Below, in pieces: positions 9,117 to 18,946 of a stretch of 64,000 bases of DNA. Both the position numbers and the translations under genes were made by a program. Source of the stretch: Candidatus Obscuribacterales bacterium (GTDB lineage: Bacteria > Cyanobacteriota > Vampirovibrionia > Obscuribacterales > Obscuribacteraceae). The stretch is taken from assembly GCA_965228855.1 (NCBI GenBank), contig CBDDIJ010000003.1:1376001-1440000 (forward strand), read 5' to 3'. Each line of letters starts with the position of its first letter. The stretch's first letter is position 1. The notes below the pieces were generated by a model. That model ran no database searches, had not been told where the DNA came from, and saw only the letters and a list, made by a program, of their open reading frames with translations.

Positions 9117-10097
9117 ATGAGTATTTTAAAGCGCCGCGCAGTCAACCTTTTGCTATCTTCAGCGCTGCTATCGGCAGGGGGGGCAGTTGCTGATAATGCC
9201 CTGGCTCAGAGCGCTCCTGCAAAGCCTGTCGAAGCCGCATCAAACTCGGAGACTAAACCGCCGTCAATGCCTGCGGTAAAACCGGCAGAAACAGCTGATG
9301 TGGAGCCGACAGCACAACCGGAGGTGAAAACCGCTCCGGCTGCGCCACCTGCTAAGGGCGGCGATGCCAAACCTGATGGCGATGCTTCTACTCCGCAGGT
9401 ACCGAAGCAGGAAGGTAAGCCAGGAGATGCTGGCATGCCCGGCACCGGTAGTCCGCCGCCCCAGGCGATGGTTCCGAATGGCCCGATGAAGATTGATCCG
9501 ACGCAGGTACCTCAAGGTCCGCCTGGAACACCGCTGAAGGTTCAAGCCAACCTGGACATTCCTCAGGATCCATTTGTAGATAGTCTCTTTGTCGTTTTTA
9601 ACTATCTTTCCCTTGGTGCCATTGCCGGCGCAGTAATTTTTGGTGTTCTCTGGTTTGCCAAACACAGAAAGCGACAGCAAATGATCGCTGCTGGTCTCAT
9701 CCCGGATGAGGAAGAAGATGACGACGATGACGATGATGATGACGAGCCCGTTCTAGTAAAGTCTGCAGACGCGCCTTCTACCGATTCGAAAGTGGAGTCT
9801 CCGGAAGCAGCACCGGTGGCGGTGACACCTGAAGTTAAGGCTGAGCCGGTTCAAGAGGAGCAGAAAACCGCTGTCGTAGACGCTGCTGTATCCGAGTCCT
9901 CTTCCGAAACCGCTTCGGTCGGCGAGGCTTCGGGCAGTGCGAGCGCTGATGCTGCTGAGAGTTCCTCCTCAACTGCCAACGATGATGCGTCAGAAAAAAC
10001 GGAGACTGCGCCCGCTGCCGTCACTCCCGGTGGTGGCACAAGTTCAGGAACCGGCAAATCGGGCAAAGGTAAGAAAAATCGTAAGAAAAAGAGCTGA
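9117..10097 (+). CDS. Low-complexity Pro/Ala-rich single-pass membrane protein with acidic cytoplasmic tail
   Basis: Signal peptide ending ALA-Q, Pro-rich region, one TM, EEEDDDDDDDDDE tract, basic C-terminus. Confidence 0.7.
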   Translation: MSILKRRAVNLLLSSALLSAGGAVADNALAQSAPAKPVEAASNSETKPPSMPAVKPAETADVEPTAQPEVKTAPAAPPAKGGDAKPDGDASTPQVPKQEGKPGDAGMPGTGSPPPQAMVPNGPMKIDPTQVPQGPPGTPLKVQANLDIPQDPFVDSLFVVFNYLSLGAIAGAVIFGVLWFAKHRKRQQMIAAGLIPDEEEDDDDDDDDDEPVLVKSADAPSTDSKVESPEAAPVAVTPEVKAEPVQEEQKTAVVDAAVSESSSETASVGEASGSASADAAESSSSTANDDASEKTETAPAAVTPGGGTSSGTGKSGKGKKNRKKKS

Positions 10098-10104
10098 TGC
10101 GCGT

Positions 10105-10893
10105 ATGGCACGTCGAAGTGCTTCAGCGCTGCTTCTTTGCGGCGTTGCATGCATAGTTTTGTCATCTTGCAGTCCGCGGCAGCTGAATGTCGGCAAAGAA
10201 GAGGCGCCACTACCTATGGTGTCTCAACAGTGGAAGGAACAAAACGTATGGCTTGACCACCAGCAAGATGGTGACTTCTTCCTGTATGTTCAGCGCTTTG
10301 ATCGCGCTGAACAATCGTTTAAAACAGCAATTAAAAAAGCTGAGGATGCGCGTTTTCGAGATGCGCGATTAGCACGCAGCCAGACTGGTCTTGCCCGAGC
10401 TTACTTAAACAGACACGAGTTTGATGACGCTTTGCGTCTGTATACTAAAGCGCTTGAGATTAAGAAAAAAGCTTATGGTGAAAATCATTACGATGTCGCC
10501 GACATCTTAACTGAGCGGGCATATACCAACCTCGCGTTATTTCATACTGAAGACGCTCGCAGTGATATTCAACAAGCCAAGCTGATCTACAGAAACTTGA
10601 AATCGCAGTCACTTCCTGAACTGGATTTTGTTGACGCCGCCCTTGACGTTCAGTCCGGCAATGACCGGGAAGCAGAGACTAAATTCAAGTCTGCGCTGCA
10701 ACAGCTTCTTTCACAGATCAACCTGCATCGCTATCCTCAGCCAACCAAGTCCATGCGAATCGCGCGAGATTGTGGTGATAGATATGTCTCAATTCTCGAG
10801 GCACACGGAAAAAAATCCGAAGCCGATATCTGTCGACGGAATCTAAAACCAATCAGCGAATGGCTAATAATCCTCGGTGAGACTGGTGTTTAG
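10105..10893 (+). CDS. TPR-repeat lipoprotein
   Basis: Lipobox-like VLSS-C; kinesin-light-chain-type TPR (ALEIKKKAYGENHYDVA). Confidence 0.75.
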   Translation: MARRSASALLLCGVACIVLSSCSPRQLNVGKEEAPLPMVSQQWKEQNVWLDHQQDGDFFLYVQRFDRAEQSFKTAIKKAEDARFRDARLARSQTGLARAYLNRHEFDDALRLYTKALEIKKKAYGENHYDVADILTERAYTNLALFHTEDARSDIQQAKLIYRNLKSQSLPELDFVDAALDVQSGNDREAETKFKSALQQLLSQINLHRYPQPTKSMRIARDCGDRYVSILEAHGKKSEADICRRNLKPISEWLIILGETGV

Positions 10894-10902
10894 CCGAGCC
10901 TT

Positions 10903-13900
10903 CTATGACTTCAGCGAAACCGCTACCATTTCACCGTGCATTCCGGGGATAGATGTGATTCGCATCTCTACCGGATCGCCGAATGAACTGGTGATAAACC
11001 TTTTGTCCTGTGGTCTGTCGACGACGGACGGATCTAAACCGGCCATGCTCTTAAGACATAGAATGAGCATCCCTTGAATCTGGGCAGGAAGAATGGTCTC
11101 ATCCAGCAAATCTCCATCAGACATGAAGCGCAGGGCAAGGCCGTCAGCAAGAGGCTCGAAGTGAACATCCGAACAGGGTGAATTCACTGCTTGGGTCAAG
11201 ATCTGGGTTGCCAGGTTTAGAATAGATGGATCCAGATTTAATTTCTCCACTGCGGCTTGAGAAACGGACAGATCCTTTGACGCAGGAGTTGCCTGAGCGG
11301 CTGGTGTTTGAGCTACTACCGCTGCTGGTGCTGCAGGAATTGCTGGTGACTCTTGAACTGCAGGAACCGTTTGCACCACTGGCGGTGATTGGACAGGAGG
11401 CGTCGCTGCGACTGAGGGAGAAGCGGCATTCTGACCTGATTCTGGTAGTGGCTGAGAGGACGGAGCCGCTGGCTGCGGCTCAGGAGATGCCTGAGCAGCC
11501 GACTGATTCTCTAATGCAAGCTCCGACTCGACTATCTCCTCAAGGAAGCTGATCTCGGTTCTGTTTCCCGAAAGATTTGCCAGTTCCACATTGTCTATAA
11601 GGTCATTCGTGACGCTCGAAAGTACATCGTCCAATGCATCAGGTAGCTCAGCCGCGGTATCCGGCATTGAAACGGAAGTATCGACCTCCAATTGGGAGCG
11701 AGCAGGCACAGGCTCAGATGTTCGTGGTGACATCGATGGTGGCGGAAGTGTTTCTTCCAGAGAGGAGATTGTTTTCGACTGCTGATGCTCGACGTCCTCA
11801 TCGAAAGATGAGACAGCCGGCGTCAAGTCTTCTTCGCGCGGCGATGTACCCGATGTCATCGTCTTTGCTGACCTTGATACCACGACCGGTGGCAATTCCG
11901 ATGTCGCATTGGAAAGTGGTGTCAAGTCCTCTTTGTCGAGCGGAAGAACTTCGTCGAAATCAGCTCTGCCTGTGTTCTCGTCTAAATCACCCGATACAGT
12001 AGCGACTTCCTCTCTTTCCGGCATGCCAAAGTCGTCGTCATCGTCCATTATCATGGCTCGAAGTTTTCTCGACTTCGGACTTGCTACAGGTTTGTTAGCA
12101 GGCGGAGTGATGGCTGGCACTTCCTGCGACACTTCCGGAAGGCTTGTGACAGGCTCTGTACCTTCGTGATGCGGCGAATCTTCGAAAGGCGCAGCATGAG
12201 TCACTGACTGCTGCTGCTGTTCCGCGTTGATATGTTCGGATATGGCCCGGTCTTCGTTAACTTGTTCGTCAAGTTTTTCGTGCCGCGGCGGAATGGAAAT
12301 TTCCTCGTCCGGAACTTGTTCGTCCAGTGCTGCAATCAAGGCGGACACTGCGAGTTCAGCATCTTGCTCGTCTGCTGTCTCCGGTTGAGGTGCTGATTCG
12401 GAAACTTCAGGATGGGTCTTATTCAAAGAGTCTTCCAGTGCATCAAACGCTGCGTCCGAGTCATCGAAACGGGATAGAAGATCACGCAGGTGCGGTGCTC
12501 CTTCCGGAATCGGGTGTGAGGCGCTTGCAAATAAGCTATCTTCGTCCATCTCGTCGTCGAAAGAGGCGTGATAAGCAGGCTTGACCGATTCGTCTTCCGC
12601 TGTCGACGAAATCGCTTCTGCCATGCTCGACGATATTTCCTCGGCTTGCGGTTCAGCAGAGAGTGCGTCTTCCGAAGACATGAGCGACTCGGCCGGGACG
12701 AATTGACCTTCTTCAGTCGTGAATGATTCCTCAGCGCTTTCCGATGTGTTCTGATTTCCGAACAGATCTTCGTCGTCTTCATCATCGTCGAATAATGATT
12801 GAAAAGGGCGCTCAATCGCGCTCATCAAAGATTCCGCAGATTCTTGCTCCTCTTCAGCCGGTTCTACCTGCGTACTATCAAAATCCGTCCCTGCCAGAAG
12901 CGATTCCGGCGCGGATTCGAATGTAGGCTCCAAGTCGGTTTGTGAAGTGGAGCCATCGTCGAAGTCCGCCACCGTATTCGGTGCTCCATACTGCGTCTCC
13001 TCAGAAGGTTCTTCAGTCTGAACGGGTTCTGTCCGTTGCCCTGCATCAGAATTGAAAAGGTCGTCTTCGTCCATCTCGTCATCGAACAAAGACCTGAAAG
13101 CTTTTTTGGTTGCCGATTTCTTGGAACTCTCGCCTGTTCTCTCCGGCTCGGTTTCATCGATGGCAGGCTCGCTGCCGAACTCTGACGGTGACTCATCATG
13201 CTCAGAGTCGAGCCCTGTCAGGAGTCCGCCGGAGTAAGAGTCTTCTCCAGTCAGAGAACCGCCGGTATACGAATCGCTTCCGAGTGACTCACTGTTTGCT
13301 GAATCATCAAACGATCTCGCCCCCGAGTCCGAATACGCCGTTTCGCCCACACCCTCAAAGCTTTCAGAGGCGTTCGAATAATCTGCGTCCACACTTTCCG
13401 TGATTGTTTCGGTTGGCTCTGCCGCCGAGGGCTCGGAACTCTCTGAGGCAAAGTCCATGTCATCATCGTCATCATCGAATAACGATTGCATCGACTTCTT
13501 CTTTGGTTTCATTTTCTTAGGCTTGGAGCTCGGAACCCCAGCCTCTTGTAAAATGTGCTCCAGAAGCTGATTGCTCGGCATCGTCTCTTCTTGACTCGGC
13601 GATTCACCGGCTTCGATTTCCGCTGTCAGTTCCGGTCTGGATTTGTGACTCGCCTCAGAGATTTCCTCTTCGGCACCCATACCGTCTTCTTGCGGAAATT
13701 GCGGGTCTTCGCCGACCTGGGCGAACTCTACAGAATCATCGGTGTCGGGCGCAGCAGGCGAAGACAAATCATCGTCACCGAAATCGTCGTCGTCATCATC
13801 GAACAACGAAGTAATTTTCTTCGAGATCGCTTTTTTTGTTTTCTTCTTCGGTTGTTTTACAGTTTCCTGCACCGGTTCGATGTCCGACTCCTTCAACGCC

Positions 13901-14508
13901 GGGAGGCTGTCTGAGCTCTTTCCAAACATCGAATCCAGGTCATCGTCGCTGTCGGATTCGAACAGGTTGCGCATATGCGCCTTCAGTTTCGTCTGCGAGG
14001 CTCTTGGAGATGCTGATGAAAAGTCGTTCTCGTCAGCGCCCTCTTCGTCGAGTTCTTGAACTGTTTCTTCTGGCGCTTCGTATGTGGTGTACATCAGATG
14101 CTCGAAGTCATCTGCGGTGCACACAAGTTTTTTGAAATTGGCACTGCTAAGGTGTTCGCGAATTGCTTCAGCGGCAACCAGGTCGTCAGGGTCAACCATT
14201 GCTACGGTAAATTGGTTCCCTTGCATTGCAACCGGTACGAATCTGAACTGTCTCTCGATTTCTTCCGGCACCAGGCGTACGTATTCACTTTCCGGCGGAG
14301 CGCTGCTGAGGTTGACGAAATTTACGCCATATTGCAGCTCCAGTGCATCCTTGAGCTGTCTTTCCGTGATCAAACCCATATCGGACAACACTACAGTCAG
14401 TCTGGTCCCGGAATTTTGTTGTTGAACTATGGCATCCGAGAGTTGCTCGGGAGAGAGCAAGCCGAGATCAATCAATAATTCGCCTAGTTCGTTATTGCTA
14501 ACTGACAT
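10903..14508 (-). CDS. PilB/GspE-related protein lacking the ATPase domain, with a very long acidic linker
   Basis: N-terminal MshEN/T2SSE_N region (LGELLIDLGLL, VAMVDPDD) and C-terminal N2-domain motifs (SDVHFEP, DRPQDKR, RITSIPGMHGE), then a stop. No Walker A/B. Confidence 0.8.
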   Translation of the reverse strand: MSVSNNELGELLIDLGLLSPEQLSDAIVQQQNSGTRLTVVLSDMGLITERQLKDALELQYGVNFVNLSSAPPESEYVRLVPEEIERQFRFVPVAMQGNQFTVAMVDPDDLVAAEAIREHLSSANFKKLVCTADDFEHLMYTTYEAPEETVQELDEEGADENDFSSASPRASQTKLKAHMRNLFESDSDDDLDSMFGKSSDSLPALKESDIEPVQETVKQPKKKTKKAISKKITSLFDDDDDDFGDDDLSSPAAPDTDDSVEFAQVGEDPQFPQEDGMGAEEEISEASHKSRPELTAEIEAGESPSQEETMPSNQLLEHILQEAGVPSSKPKKMKPKKKSMQSLFDDDDDDMDFASESSEPSAAEPTETITESVDADYSNASESFEGVGETAYSDSGARSFDDSANSESLGSDSYTGGSLTGEDSYSGGLLTGLDSEHDESPSEFGSEPAIDETEPERTGESSKKSATKKAFRSLFDDEMDEDDLFNSDAGQRTEPVQTEEPSEETQYGAPNTVADFDDGSTSQTDLEPTFESAPESLLAGTDFDSTQVEPAEEEQESAESLMSAIERPFQSLFDDDEDDEDLFGNQNTSESAEESFTTEEGQFVPAESLMSSEDALSAEPQAEEISSSMAEAISSTAEDESVKPAYHASFDDEMDEDSLFASASHPIPEGAPHLRDLLSRFDDSDAAFDALEDSLNKTHPEVSESAPQPETADEQDAELAVSALIAALDEQVPDEEISIPPRHEKLDEQVNEDRAISEHINAEQQQQSVTHAAPFEDSPHHEGTEPVTSLPEVSQEVPAITPPANKPVASPKSRKLRAMIMDDDDDFGMPEREEVATVSGDLDENTGRADFDEVLPLDKEDLTPLSNATSELPPVVVSRSAKTMTSGTSPREEDLTPAVSSFDEDVEHQQSKTISSLEETLPPPSMSPRTSEPVPARSQLEVDTSVSMPDTAAELPDALDDVLSSVTNDLIDNVELANLSGNRTEISFLEEIVESELALENQSAAQASPEPQPAAPSSQPLPESGQNAASPSVAATPPVQSPPVVQTVPAVQESPAIPAAPAAVVAQTPAAQATPASKDLSVSQAAVEKLNLDPSILNLATQILTQAVNSPCSDVHFEPLADGLALRFMSDGDLLDETILPAQIQGMLILCLKSMAGLDPSVVDRPQDKRFITSSFGDPVEMRITSIPGMHGEMVAVSLKS

Positions 14509-14817
14509 TGTCACTGCACTTTCACTGAACGCCTGTTTCCTGAGCCGGACCAAAACATTGCAAAACAGTCCTGGTGCGGCTTCCACCAGCTGATTTGTGC
14601 CCTACCAGAGTACGCCCTAAACCTGCATGGCAACCTTGTGAAGCCCTAGCCATTGGCGTTTTTACGTTTGCTATCGGCTCTCTTTATAGTAAAGCTCATA
14701 TCAGGCCTGAATTCATAGACTCAGAGAAAACTCGTTAGGTTTCCTGTGATGTTTATTGTTATAAGACATTCGGCTTCGCTCATGTAGAAGGTCTTCACCT
14801 CTCGTCGCTGAGATTCT

Positions 14818-15591
14818 TCATTTGGGCTTCAAAATAATCGAAGGTGCAGGGCTCAGGAGGTCTGTCACGATCTCGCCCATCGTAAAGTGTTCAACAGAAG
14901 TGTAGCTCTTGTTGTTTACAAGCGTTTTATCCGATTTGAAACCGTTGAGAATTTTTGTTCCGGTCTGCGAGTCGATCAGCCGGAGCAAAACAGCTGAGTA
15001 AATCTTGCCAGCTGGACTGCCATTCTCCACCATAAAGAGCAGATCTTCGCGATTCTGCGCTCCTTCCTTAGCTGCCGCAACAAATGCATCCGAGAATTCC
15101 GATGAACCGCCTTTGGAATTGTCGTAAATTTGCGGAGCTTGAATCAACTTCTTGAGCGGTGCAGACAATCGCGCTTCATGCTCGAGATATGCTGTTGATT
15201 TCGTGTTGCTTTGCTCAGGAGCCGGTTTTGGCGCAGTCGTTTCTTCGATACTGGTATCGATAAGCTGGCGTTTGAACTGGAGCGGTTTGTTTTGACTCTC
15301 AGTTGTCGGTTTTGAAGAAGCCGATTGTGAGCTGCTTTTCAGATCTTCGGAATCCATATCGTTGTCACCGGAATCCGCGCTCTCTGCATCAGCGTCTGCG
15401 CTTACCTTTGCAATCAAAGAACGCGAGGTTGAACTGAGTTCTGCCAATGTCTTACTGGAGCAGGCTGGTGTGCATACCGAAATTGCTACCAGCAAAGTGC
15501 TCGATAGCATTACCGCCTTTCTTATAAGAAGTCGAGGGCGACACCAAATGGCATCGCCGCTCATGAACTTTTGATTTTCAGACGCTTTCAT
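14818..15591 (-). CDS. Hypothetical exported/lipoprotein
   Basis: Long ORF directly downstream of the FKBP gene with a hydrophobic segment ending in Cys. Start codon uncertain. Confidence 0.6.
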   Translation of the reverse strand: MKASENQKFMSGDAIWCRPRLLIRKAVMLSSTLLVAISVCTPACSSKTLAELSSTSRSLIAKVSADADAESADSGDNDMDSEDLKSSSQSASSKPTTESQNKPLQFKRQLIDTSIEETTAPKPAPEQSNTKSTAYLEHEARLSAPLKKLIQAPQIYDNSKGGSSEFSDAFVAAAKEGAQNREDLLFMVENGSPAGKIYSAVLLRLIDSQTGTKILNGFKSDKTLVNNKSYTSVEHFTMGEIVTDLLSPAPSIILKPK

Positions 15592-15595
15592 CAAG

Positions 15596-16279
15596 CTAGT
15601 TAACGCCCAGCAGTTCCACTTCGAAAACGAGCGTTGCACCCGGAGGAATAAGACCGCCAGCGCCTCTAGAACCATAACCAAGTTCAGCCGGGATGATCAA
15701 TTTGCGTTTTCCACCAATTTTCATAGTGGCTACACCTTCGTCCCAGCCTTTGATTACTTGTCCTTGACCGATGATGAATTGGAAAGGACGACCGCGATCT
15801 ACCGAGCTGTCGAACTTTGTGCCGTCGGTGAGCCAGCCGGTGTAGTGAACCGTGACTTGCTGTCCAGGCTGCGGGCTTGCGCCGTTGCCAACTGTGAGTT
15901 CTTCAAATTGCAATCCGCTCGGGGTTGTTACTGCGCTCATTTTTTTCTCCTGGTTTTTGCTATCAACTTGGTTGAATAGACTGTTCTTTTCCGGTCCACC
16001 TGCAGCGGTTGTCGCGCCGGTGGTTGACGCTCCAGGCACCGGCGTAGTTGCGGCGCTGGTCGTCGTGTCGGTTGCCGCGCCTGTGCCGGAGGCACCTTGA
16101 GGGGCTGCGCCTTGCTGCTGGGGCGACGTCACATTCGATGTTTGACTGCTTTCGCCGCCCTGCTGCGAACAACCTGGCAAGGATATCATTAAGGAAATGA
16201 ATGTGCCAGACAAAATCGCCACTCGTGACAACTTCGCGCGATTGGCACCGCTGGCTTTTTCAGAGGTCTTGAAATTCAT
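15596..16279 (-). CDS. FKBP-type peptidyl-prolyl cis-trans isomerase (lipoprotein)
   Basis: [26 protein letters not shown] and [14 protein letters not shown] motifs; lipobox LPG-C. Confidence 0.95.
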   Translation of the reverse strand: MNFKTSEKASGANRAKLSRVAILSGTFISLMISLPGCSQQGGESSQTSNVTSPQQQGAAPQGASGTGAATDTTTSAATTPVPGASTTGATTAAGGPEKNSLFNQVDSKNQEKKMSAVTTPSGLQFEELTVGNGASPQPGQQVTVHYTGWLTDGTKFDSSVDRGRPFQFIIGQGQVIKGWDEGVATMKIGGKRKLIIPAELGYGSRGAGGLIPPGATLVFEVELLGVN

Positions 16280-16334
16280 AAAAACACCGTTCTGTTCTGT
16301 ACCCTCGACAAGTTCAACATGATAGCCTAACCCG

Positions 16335-16985
16335 ATGACCAGTCGCAGAAAAATTGATTCAATTGCAATACTTGCTCAAGAATTAGTGGAGCGAAAACAG
16401 CAGCAGTTGCCACAAAGTCGCTTCCTTCTTGGAATCACTGGTCCGCCTGGCGCGGGCAAAAGTACGCTGGCAGTTGAGTTACAATCCGAACTCTCTCGGC
16501 TGTCTGTCTCATCTGCAGTAGTGCCGATGGACGGATACCATCTGGATAATGAAACGCTTCTTTCAATGGGCATTCTACATTTGAAAGGTGTCGAAAAGAG
16601 TTTTGACGGCGAAGGTTTTGTGAAATTGCTCAAGCGCCTAAAAGAAGATGTCGATTCGGATGTAGCGTATCCGACTTTCGAGAGAAGCACTGAAAGTACT
16701 GTTGCCAACGGAGGTTCGGTATCGTCGTCTGAGCAACTCGTGATAGTCGAAGGCAATTATTTACTGAGCGATCACGCGCCATGGCACCAGATACGGTGCT
16801 TACTCGATTGGGTGTGGTATTTAGACGTGCCTGAGGAAATTCTCTTGCCTCGTCTTCTTGCGCGACATATGGAAGGAGGCAAGAACCGCGAGCAGTCCAT
16901 GGAAAAGGTGAACTCAACCGACCTTCCGAACGCACAACATGTTGCAATGACTAAACTCAATGCCGATCTTCTGTTACAGCTCTAG
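16335..16985 (+). CDS. P-loop kinase, uridine/pantothenate kinase-like (YggC/FrcK type)
   Basis: [15 protein letters not shown] and IVEGNYLL motifs. Confidence 0.85.
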   Translation: MTSRRKIDSIAILAQELVERKQQQLPQSRFLLGITGPPGAGKSTLAVELQSELSRLSVSSAVVPMDGYHLDNETLLSMGILHLKGVEKSFDGEGFVKLLKRLKEDVDSDVAYPTFERSTESTVANGGSVSSSEQLVIVEGNYLLSDHAPWHQIRCLLDWVWYLDVPEEILLPRLLARHMEGGKNREQSMEKVNSTDLPNAQHVAMTKLNADLLLQL

Positions 16986-17016
16986 TTTTTGCTGACATAC
17001 CGTTCGGGTTAGCTGA

Positions 17017-17646
17017 TTAACCAAGAGCGTCTTTCAGTGAGACTTTTGCTGCCAAATGCTTTCTTGCCGAGTCCAAAACCGCAAGCTCTTCTTTTAATCG
17101 CGCTTCTGTTCCGCTCATTTCGAGAAGCTCTTGCTGGTCGTCGGGTGAACCGTAGAAATTTGCCGCAACCCAGTACGAGAGTTCAACCGGGTCTTCCGGA
17201 ATGGTGCCTTGAATTTCGAATTCCTTGTCTACTAGTTTCGACGATAGTCGCAAAATCTCTTTTAAAACAGACGCAATGTCTTTTACGAGGACATCAGCTT
17301 TTTCACTTGCTCCGTTATCCTCCAGATACTCTATGGTCGCAATGATGTAGGGCTGTTCCTGTATGACGTCCACAATCTTAAAGCGACGCTCACCCATCGT
17401 CATCAGATTCATGCGACCGTCGTCGAATTTTTTGACATCGCTAATCATGGCTGTGCATCCGGTTTCTGCAACGGACGTAGATTCTCCATCCCAGAACACA
17501 ACTCCGAAAGGTGCTTGCTCGTCGAGAACCTTGCCAATCATCAATTTATACCGGTCTTCGAATATATGAAGCGGCAGCTCAGCTCCCGGAAAGAGAACTA
17601 CGGGCAGCGGGAACAGCGGCAGTGTGTTTCCGTTCGATTGCGACAT
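17017..17646 (-). CDS. Stand-alone Lon protease substrate-binding (N-terminal) domain protein
   Basis: LPLFPLPVVLFPG..LPLHIFEDRY, DGRMNL..GERRF and QQELLE motifs. Confidence 0.9.
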   Translation of the reverse strand: MSQSNGNTLPLFPLPVVLFPGAELPLHIFEDRYKLMIGKVLDEQAPFGVVFWDGESTSVAETGCTAMISDVKKFDDGRMNLMTMGERRFKIVDVIQEQPYIIATIEYLEDNGASEKADVLVKDIASVLKEILRLSSKLVDKEFEIQGTIPEDPVELSYWVAANFYGSPDDQQELLEMSGTEARLKEELAVLDSARKHLAAKVSLKDALG

Positions 17647-17687
17647 TTAATGCTCAGTGTTCCTCCTTAACCGCCTATTTTGCCTCA

Positions 17688-18929
17688 CTATGAGGGCTGT
17701 GTCGAGGGTGGTGCAGGCGCAGGAACTGTGAAAGGTAAGTCATCGCCGAAAATCGCTTGATGTTCGGCGCGCCGAGCCTCCCATTTTTCGAGTTCCTCGA
17801 AATATTTTTCTTGAGCCTGAACAGCTGGATTGCTCTGAGCACTTTTCTCCAGCCCCGCTATTTGATCGTGTTCCTTCTGCATCGCGAGTATCTGCGGTGC
17901 TCGTGCATAACGAGGGACCGGATAAGCTGGATCTATCGTACGCATAAAGGGCGGCGCGGAGTCATGATAGTCTTCATCCCCTTCTGCGATTCGTTCGGGT
18001 AAGCGCATGGCGCTTATGAGTTCCTCTCCGGAGAGTCCGTTGAGAGCCAGATCGACCGACTGACCCCAGCGTGATTCCAAGAAATACGTGTCATCAAAAT
18101 TTAAGGCTGTGACTGCATGCAAGTCGTATCCACGGCTCGAGCCACTGCCGCCCGGCAGAAGCCCAGCGAACACCAGCAGCATCGGAGGTCGTCCGGTCGC
18201 GTTGCTGTAGCCGCTTATCGCGCTCGAGAGCTGATCAGCGTCGGTTATTGACGGCTCTTGCAAGCCATCGACTACACTGGAGTGTGCGATAACGGCGTTT
18301 GGAGTTTCATCGAACATACGAGCGAGATTGAAAGTGTCTTGCACGTTCAGGTTTGGTCCTTCGTACGCAACTTCTATACTGTTGTCGCCTTTGACATACA
18401 TTTTTACTAGGCGTTCACCGGTTATGCCTGGTCGCGGTTTCGGATCTTGCGTGTAGACGAATTTCAAATCGTTATTAGAAAGTTCATCCCAATGCGCTTG
18501 TGCGACGAGCAGGTCGAAAAGCTGTCCGACCGGGTCACGAAGACCGCTCCCGGAGGTGTTATCGTCCGTAGCCCAGCGCGCCTCAAGGTCCAAAGCCAGA
18601 CTTTTCTGGTCTATTGAAACCAACTTGCCTCGTTTGCCTTGCCCTACGGAAGCTTTGCCGGACGTAACCAGCGATGAAATCATCTCCATCACGTGGGCGG
18701 GATGGGTTTCTAGTAACTGACGGAGGAGACACTGGGTGACACTGGTGTTGTGAAAGCCTTGATTGACGAATCTCGACGGCTCAGAGGCTTTCCTTGCCAT
18801 AGATTCGGCTATCTTGCGAAGATGCCGCCGGTCGTAAACCTTGATTCCATTGATCCAGCCGTCGCTGCGCAGAACCTTCTCGATCGCTCGTGATATGCGT
18901 TGAACCTGAATGTCTGCGTCTCGGCGCAA
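17688..18929 (-). CDS. Hypothetical protein with degenerate papain-like motifs; probably the 3' part of a frameshifted gene
   Basis: Only a TTG start; NQGFHNTS, HAVT and ESRWG motifs; the frame stays open upstream into the end of the previous ORF. Confidence 0.55.
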   Translation of the reverse strand: MRRDADIQVQRISRAIEKVLRSDGWINGIKVYDRRHLRKIAESMARKASEPSRFVNQGFHNTSVTQCLLRQLLETHPAHVMEMISSLVTSGKASVGQGKRGKLVSIDQKSLALDLEARWATDDNTSGSGLRDPVGQLFDLLVAQAHWDELSNNDLKFVYTQDPKPRPGITGERLVKMYVKGDNSIEVAYEGPNLNVQDTFNLARMFDETPNAVIAHSSVVDGLQEPSITDADQLSSAISGYSNATGRPPMLLVFAGLLPGGSGSSRGYDLHAVTALNFDDTYFLESRWGQSVDLALNGLSGEELISAMRLPERIAEGDEDYHDSAPPFMRTIDPAYPVPRYARAPQILAMQKEHDQIAGLEKSAQSNPAVQAQEKYFEELEKWEARRAEHQAIFGDDLPFTVPAPAPPSTQPS

Positions 18930-18946
18930 ATCGGGAAATTCCTCTG

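Noticed and set aside
9709..9746. GAY triplet run as a repeat or contingency locus
   Set aside because: Mixed GAT/GAC/GAA codons encoding an acidic tract, not a pure microsatellite.
9937..10104. Upstream extension of the TPR ORF overlapping the previous gene
   Set aside because: ATG 10105 gives a clean lipoprotein signal 7 nt after the upstream stop.
12913..13966. GGATTCGAA matches suggesting minus-strand tRNA T-loops
   Set aside because: Both lie inside a long CDS and have no cloverleaf context.
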